A DNA stretch of 63,627 nt, the filler included, from Licmophora abbreviata (lineage: Eukaryota), in assembly GCA_900291995.1 (NCBI GenBank). It is 14 parts of 14 records of this genome, joined end to end, with 100 filler letters (N's around TTAATTAATTAA, not from the genome) between each part and the next. Parts side by side here need not be neighbours in the genome. Positions count along the whole stretch, not along the records: positions 54,903 to 63,627 come from OLMU01001141.1; 13 more parts are not named here. One strand, written 5' to 3'. How positions within the stretch are numbered: the first letter of the stretch is position 1; the number at the start of each line of letters is the position of its first letter. The notes under the pieces were generated by a model. That model was not told the DNA's origin. It searched no databases and saw only the letters and a program-made list of their open reading frames with translations. Below are positions 60,502 to 63,627 of this stretch, in pieces. A program made the translations under genes and the position numbers.

Positions 60502-61016
60502 CGTTCACCCCCTTTTGAAATCGTTGTGCCAGAGATGTCTGGCTCAAGCGGACAGGGCTATGTTCTGGAAAATGGCAGAACGCCCAAGGCCACGTGCAAT
60601 GTCGGGATAACAATGGGAATCTTTACTTTAAAAGGGACCGGGCAAAGCAAACTCGCCACGGACAGCATCCCTCGATCCCCGAACTTGCCACATTTTCGCC
60701 TTAGTTTGGAGTCCTTTTTGCCAAAGGCCCAAAAACCTCTGCCCTGCGCCCGCTTGGGTGGAAATTCACGCCCTTAAGCTGAATCGCTTAACCGGCATCA
60801 ATCTCTATTCCTACGTCTCGACGCGCATTGTCTCCATATTGGAAACGCACCGCCGCTCCGGCCCCTTCATCCTGATTCGCGGGCTTGCCCCCGAGCGCGC
60901 CCGCCAAGCCAATCGCGACAGGTCATGAAAATTCTTTTCGGTATACCCGCGTATACCGTTGCCGTTTCGCCCGTCTTGCCGTATGACGCGCGGGACAGAA
61001 CAAAGGTGGCTGACCC

Positions 61017-63230
61017 ATGCGAGACAACAACACTCCCGATATCATCTACACCAAGGTCGACGAAGCGCCCGAGCTGGCCTCGGCCTCGCTGCTTCCGATC
61101 ATCCGGACCTTTGCACAGGCCGCAGGCGTGTCCATCGGCACCAAGGACATTTCGCTGGCCGGTCGCATCATCGCGGCCTTTCCCGATCATCTGACCGATG
61201 CGCAGCGCCAGCCCGATGATCTGGCCGAACTGGGGCAGCTGGTCAAAACCCCCGAAGCCAACGTGATAAAGCTGCCGAACATCTCGGCCTCGGTCCCGCA
61301 GCTTGTCGCGGCGGTCAAGGAACTGCAATCGCAAGGCTATGCGCTGCCCGACTATCCCGAAGCGCCGCAGACCGACGCCGAGAAAGACGCGCGCGCACGC
61401 TATGACGCGATCAAGGGCTCGGCCGTCAATCCGGTCCTTCGCGAAGGTAACTCGGATCGCCGCGCCGCCGTCGCCGTCAAGAAATTCGCCCAGGCCAATC
61501 CCCATTCGATGGGCACATGGTCCGCAGACAGCAAGACCCGCGTCGCCACCATGCAATCGGGCGACTTCTATTCCAACGAACGTGCCGCCACCCTGACTGA
61601 GGCACAGGCCGGCCCCGCCAAGATCGTGCTGACACAGCAGGACGGCAGCGAAATCGTGCTCAAGGACGGTGTCGAGTATCACCCCGGCACCGTGGTCGAT
61701 GCCACCTTCATGAGCGCCAAGGCCCTCGATGCCTTCCTCGCCGAACAGATCGAGGCGACCGCCCGCGAAGGCACGCTTTTCTCGCTGCACATGAAAGCCA
61801 CGATGATGAAGGTCTCCGACCCGATCATCTTCGGCCATGCAGTGCGTGAATTCCTCAAGCCGGTCTTCGACGCCTATGGCGACAAGCTCACGGCGCTTGG
61901 CGTGAACCCCAATTCCGGCATCGGCGACATGATGCAGCGCGTCAAGGGCACCCCCGAGATCGTTGCCGCCGTCGAAAAGGTGATGGCCGACCGCCCGCCG
62001 ATGTACATGGTCGACAGCGACCGTGGCATCACCAACCTGCATGTGCCCTCGGATGTCATCATCGACGCGTCAATGCCCGCGCTGATCCGGGCCGGTGGCA
62101 AGGGCTGGGGCCCCGACAACAAGCAGCACGACACCAACTGCGTGATCCCCGACAGCTCCTATGCGCCCGTTTATGACGAGACGATCGAATATTTCAAACA
62201 GACCGGCGCTCTGGACCCAACCACATCGGGCGCGGTGCAGAATATCGGCCTGATGGCCCAGAAGGCCGAAGAATACGGCAGCCACCCCACCACCTTCGAA
62301 ATCCCCGCCGATGGTACCGTGCGCCTGATCGCCGCCAATGGCGACGTCCTGCACGAGCACAATGTCGAAGCGGGCGATATCTGGCGCGCGGCCTCGGCCC
62401 GCAAGGCCCCGATCGAGGATTGGGTCAAGCTGGCCATCGAACGTCAGAAGGCCGAAGGCTGCGAGGCGATCTTCTGGCTGGACGAAAACCGCGCCCATGA
62501 CGCCGAGCTCATCGCCTATGTCAAACCGATCCTCGAGGCGCATGGCGTGGCTGACAAGTTCCATATCCTCGCGCCGCGTGCCGCCACGCGCAAGACGCTG
62601 GAAACCATCCGCGAGGGCAAGGATTCCATCGCCATCACCGGCAACGTGCTGCGCGACTACCTGACCGATCTGTTCCCGATCCTCGAACTGGGCACCTCGG
62701 CCAAGATGCTGTCGATCGTCAAGCTGATGCAGGGCGGCGGTCTCTTCGAGACGGGCGCTGGCGGCTCGGCGCCCAAGCACGTCCAGCAGCTGGTCGAGGA
62801 AAACCACCTGCGGTGGGATAGCTTGGGCGAATTCTGCGCCCTTGGCGAAAGCCTCAAGTTCCTTGCCGATGTGCAGGGCAACGACAAGGCCCGTGTTCTG
62901 GGCAAGGCGGTCGAGGACGCAACCCAAGGCGTGCTCGATCATGGCCGCTCTCCCTCGCGCAAGGTCGGCCAGCCCGACAACCGCGACAGCCATTACTGGT
63001 TCGCCCGCTACTGGGCCGAGGCTCTGGCCGCGCAAACCGAAGATGCCGACATCGCGGCGCATTTCGCACCCATCGCATCGGCCCTGGCCGAGAACGAATC
63101 CGCGATCCTCGCCGAATTGCTGGCGGTTCAGGGCGCGCCTGCCGATCTGGGCGGCTACTACCACACCGACGCCGACAAGACCGCGGCGGTGATGCGCCCC
63201 TCGGCGACGCTGAACGGGATCATCGGCTGA
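61017..63230 (+). CDS. icd: Monomeric NADP-dependent isocitrate dehydrogenase
   Basis: [68 protein letters not shown]. Confidence 0.97.
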   Translation: MRDNNTPDIIYTKVDEAPELASASLLPIIRTFAQAAGVSIGTKDISLAGRIIAAFPDHLTDAQRQPDDLAELGQLVKTPEANVIKLPNISASVPQLVAAVKELQSQGYALPDYPEAPQTDAEKDARARYDAIKGSAVNPVLREGNSDRRAAVAVKKFAQANPHSMGTWSADSKTRVATMQSGDFYSNERAATLTEAQAGPAKIVLTQQDGSEIVLKDGVEYHPGTVVDATFMSAKALDAFLAEQIEATAREGTLFSLHMKATMMKVSDPIIFGHAVREFLKPVFDAYGDKLTALGVNPNSGIGDMMQRVKGTPEIVAAVEKVMADRPPMYMVDSDRGITNLHVPSDVIIDASMPALIRAGGKGWGPDNKQHDTNCVIPDSSYAPVYDETIEYFKQTGALDPTTSGAVQNIGLMAQKAEEYGSHPTTFEIPADGTVRLIAANGDVLHEHNVEAGDIWRAASARKAPIEDWVKLAIERQKAEGCEAIFWLDENRAHDAELIAYVKPILEAHGVADKFHILAPRAATRKTLETIREGKDSIAITGNVLRDYLTDLFPILELGTSAKMLSIVKLMQGGGLFETGAGGSAPKHVQQLVEENHLRWDSLGEFCALGESLKFLADVQGNDKARVLGKAVEDATQGVLDHGRSPSRKVGQPDNRDSHYWFARYWAEALAAQTEDADIAAHFAPIASALAENESAILAELLAVQGAPADLGGYYHTDADKTAAVMRPSATLNGIIG

Positions 63231-63259
63231 TCGTCACCGCGATCCGTCACGAAAACCCG

Positions 63260-63291
63260 AAGGGCCGGCGCCGCGATGCGCCGGCCCTTTT
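63260..63291 (+). terminator. Rho-independent terminator of icd
   Basis: AAGGGCCGGCGC-cgcgat-GCGCCGGCCCTT-TT. Confidence 0.8.
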
Positions 63292-63314
63292 GCATGGGGG
63301 ACACCCTCGGGCAC

Positions 63315-63347
63315 AAAGAAAAAGGGCGGCGCATCGCAGCGCCGCCC
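63315..63347 (-). terminator. Rho-independent terminator of katG
   Basis: Minus strand GGGCGGCGC-tgcgat-GCGCCGCCC-TTTTTCTTT. Confidence 0.8.
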
Positions 63348-63369
63348 CTTGATCATCCAAACGTGGCGA

Positions 63370-63627
<258 letters not shown>

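Noticed and set aside
60517..60531. Minus-strand TGGCAC-N5-TTTC as a sigma54 promoter for the VPLPA-CTERM gene
   Set aside because: It lacks the invariant -12 GC and is too close to the ATG to leave room for the RBS.

Overview
GC-rich alphaproteobacterial draft sequence, probably Rhodobacterales/Roseobacter group (inferred from exosortase D, monomeric IDH and C2-sulfonate genes). It is assembled from contigs joined by thirteen artificial 100-nt spacers (N44-TTAATTAATTAA-N44), so adjacency across a spacer is only certain where contig ends overlap or a gene visibly continues. (1) 1-3.5 kb: stress-type cluster with a YbiO-like MscS channel, a small lipoprotein, PLDc_N and CsbD proteins, an exported helical protein and a bacterioferritin that lacks the haem-ligand Met. 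(2) 3.6-14.6 kb: organosulfonate region with a YeiH/TauZ exporter, xsc, an IseKLM/IseR-like TRAP plus IclR and a TauE fragment, followed by an uncharacterised LysR + second TRAP + alpha/beta-hydrolase unit. (3) 14.7-60.5 kb: a ~46-kb cell-surface island built around the exosortase D / VPLPA-CTERM sorting system. It holds a PPP-type phosphatase, a type I secretion system, a rhomboid protease, an OM beta-barrel with a short OPX, a 1213-aa G8-domain protein with His/Met/Asp repeats, a split Wzc, an ExeA-like ATPase, a priming sugar transferase, a TPR lipoprotein, a PglK-like ABC flippase, a Wzy/WaaL-like protein, a sulfotransferase, an O-acetyltransferase, twelve further glycosyltransferases (several AT-rich), xrtD and one VPLPA-CTERM substrate. 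(4) 61-63.6 kb: icd and the 3' end of katG. I found no rRNA, tRNA, CRISPR array or intact transposase. The best candidates for undescribed biology are the T1SS/rhomboid/G8/unknown-protein modules coupled to the XrtD glycan locus, and the orphan TRAP-hydrolase unit beside the sulfonate genes. All family calls come from motif recognition by eye; no searches were run.
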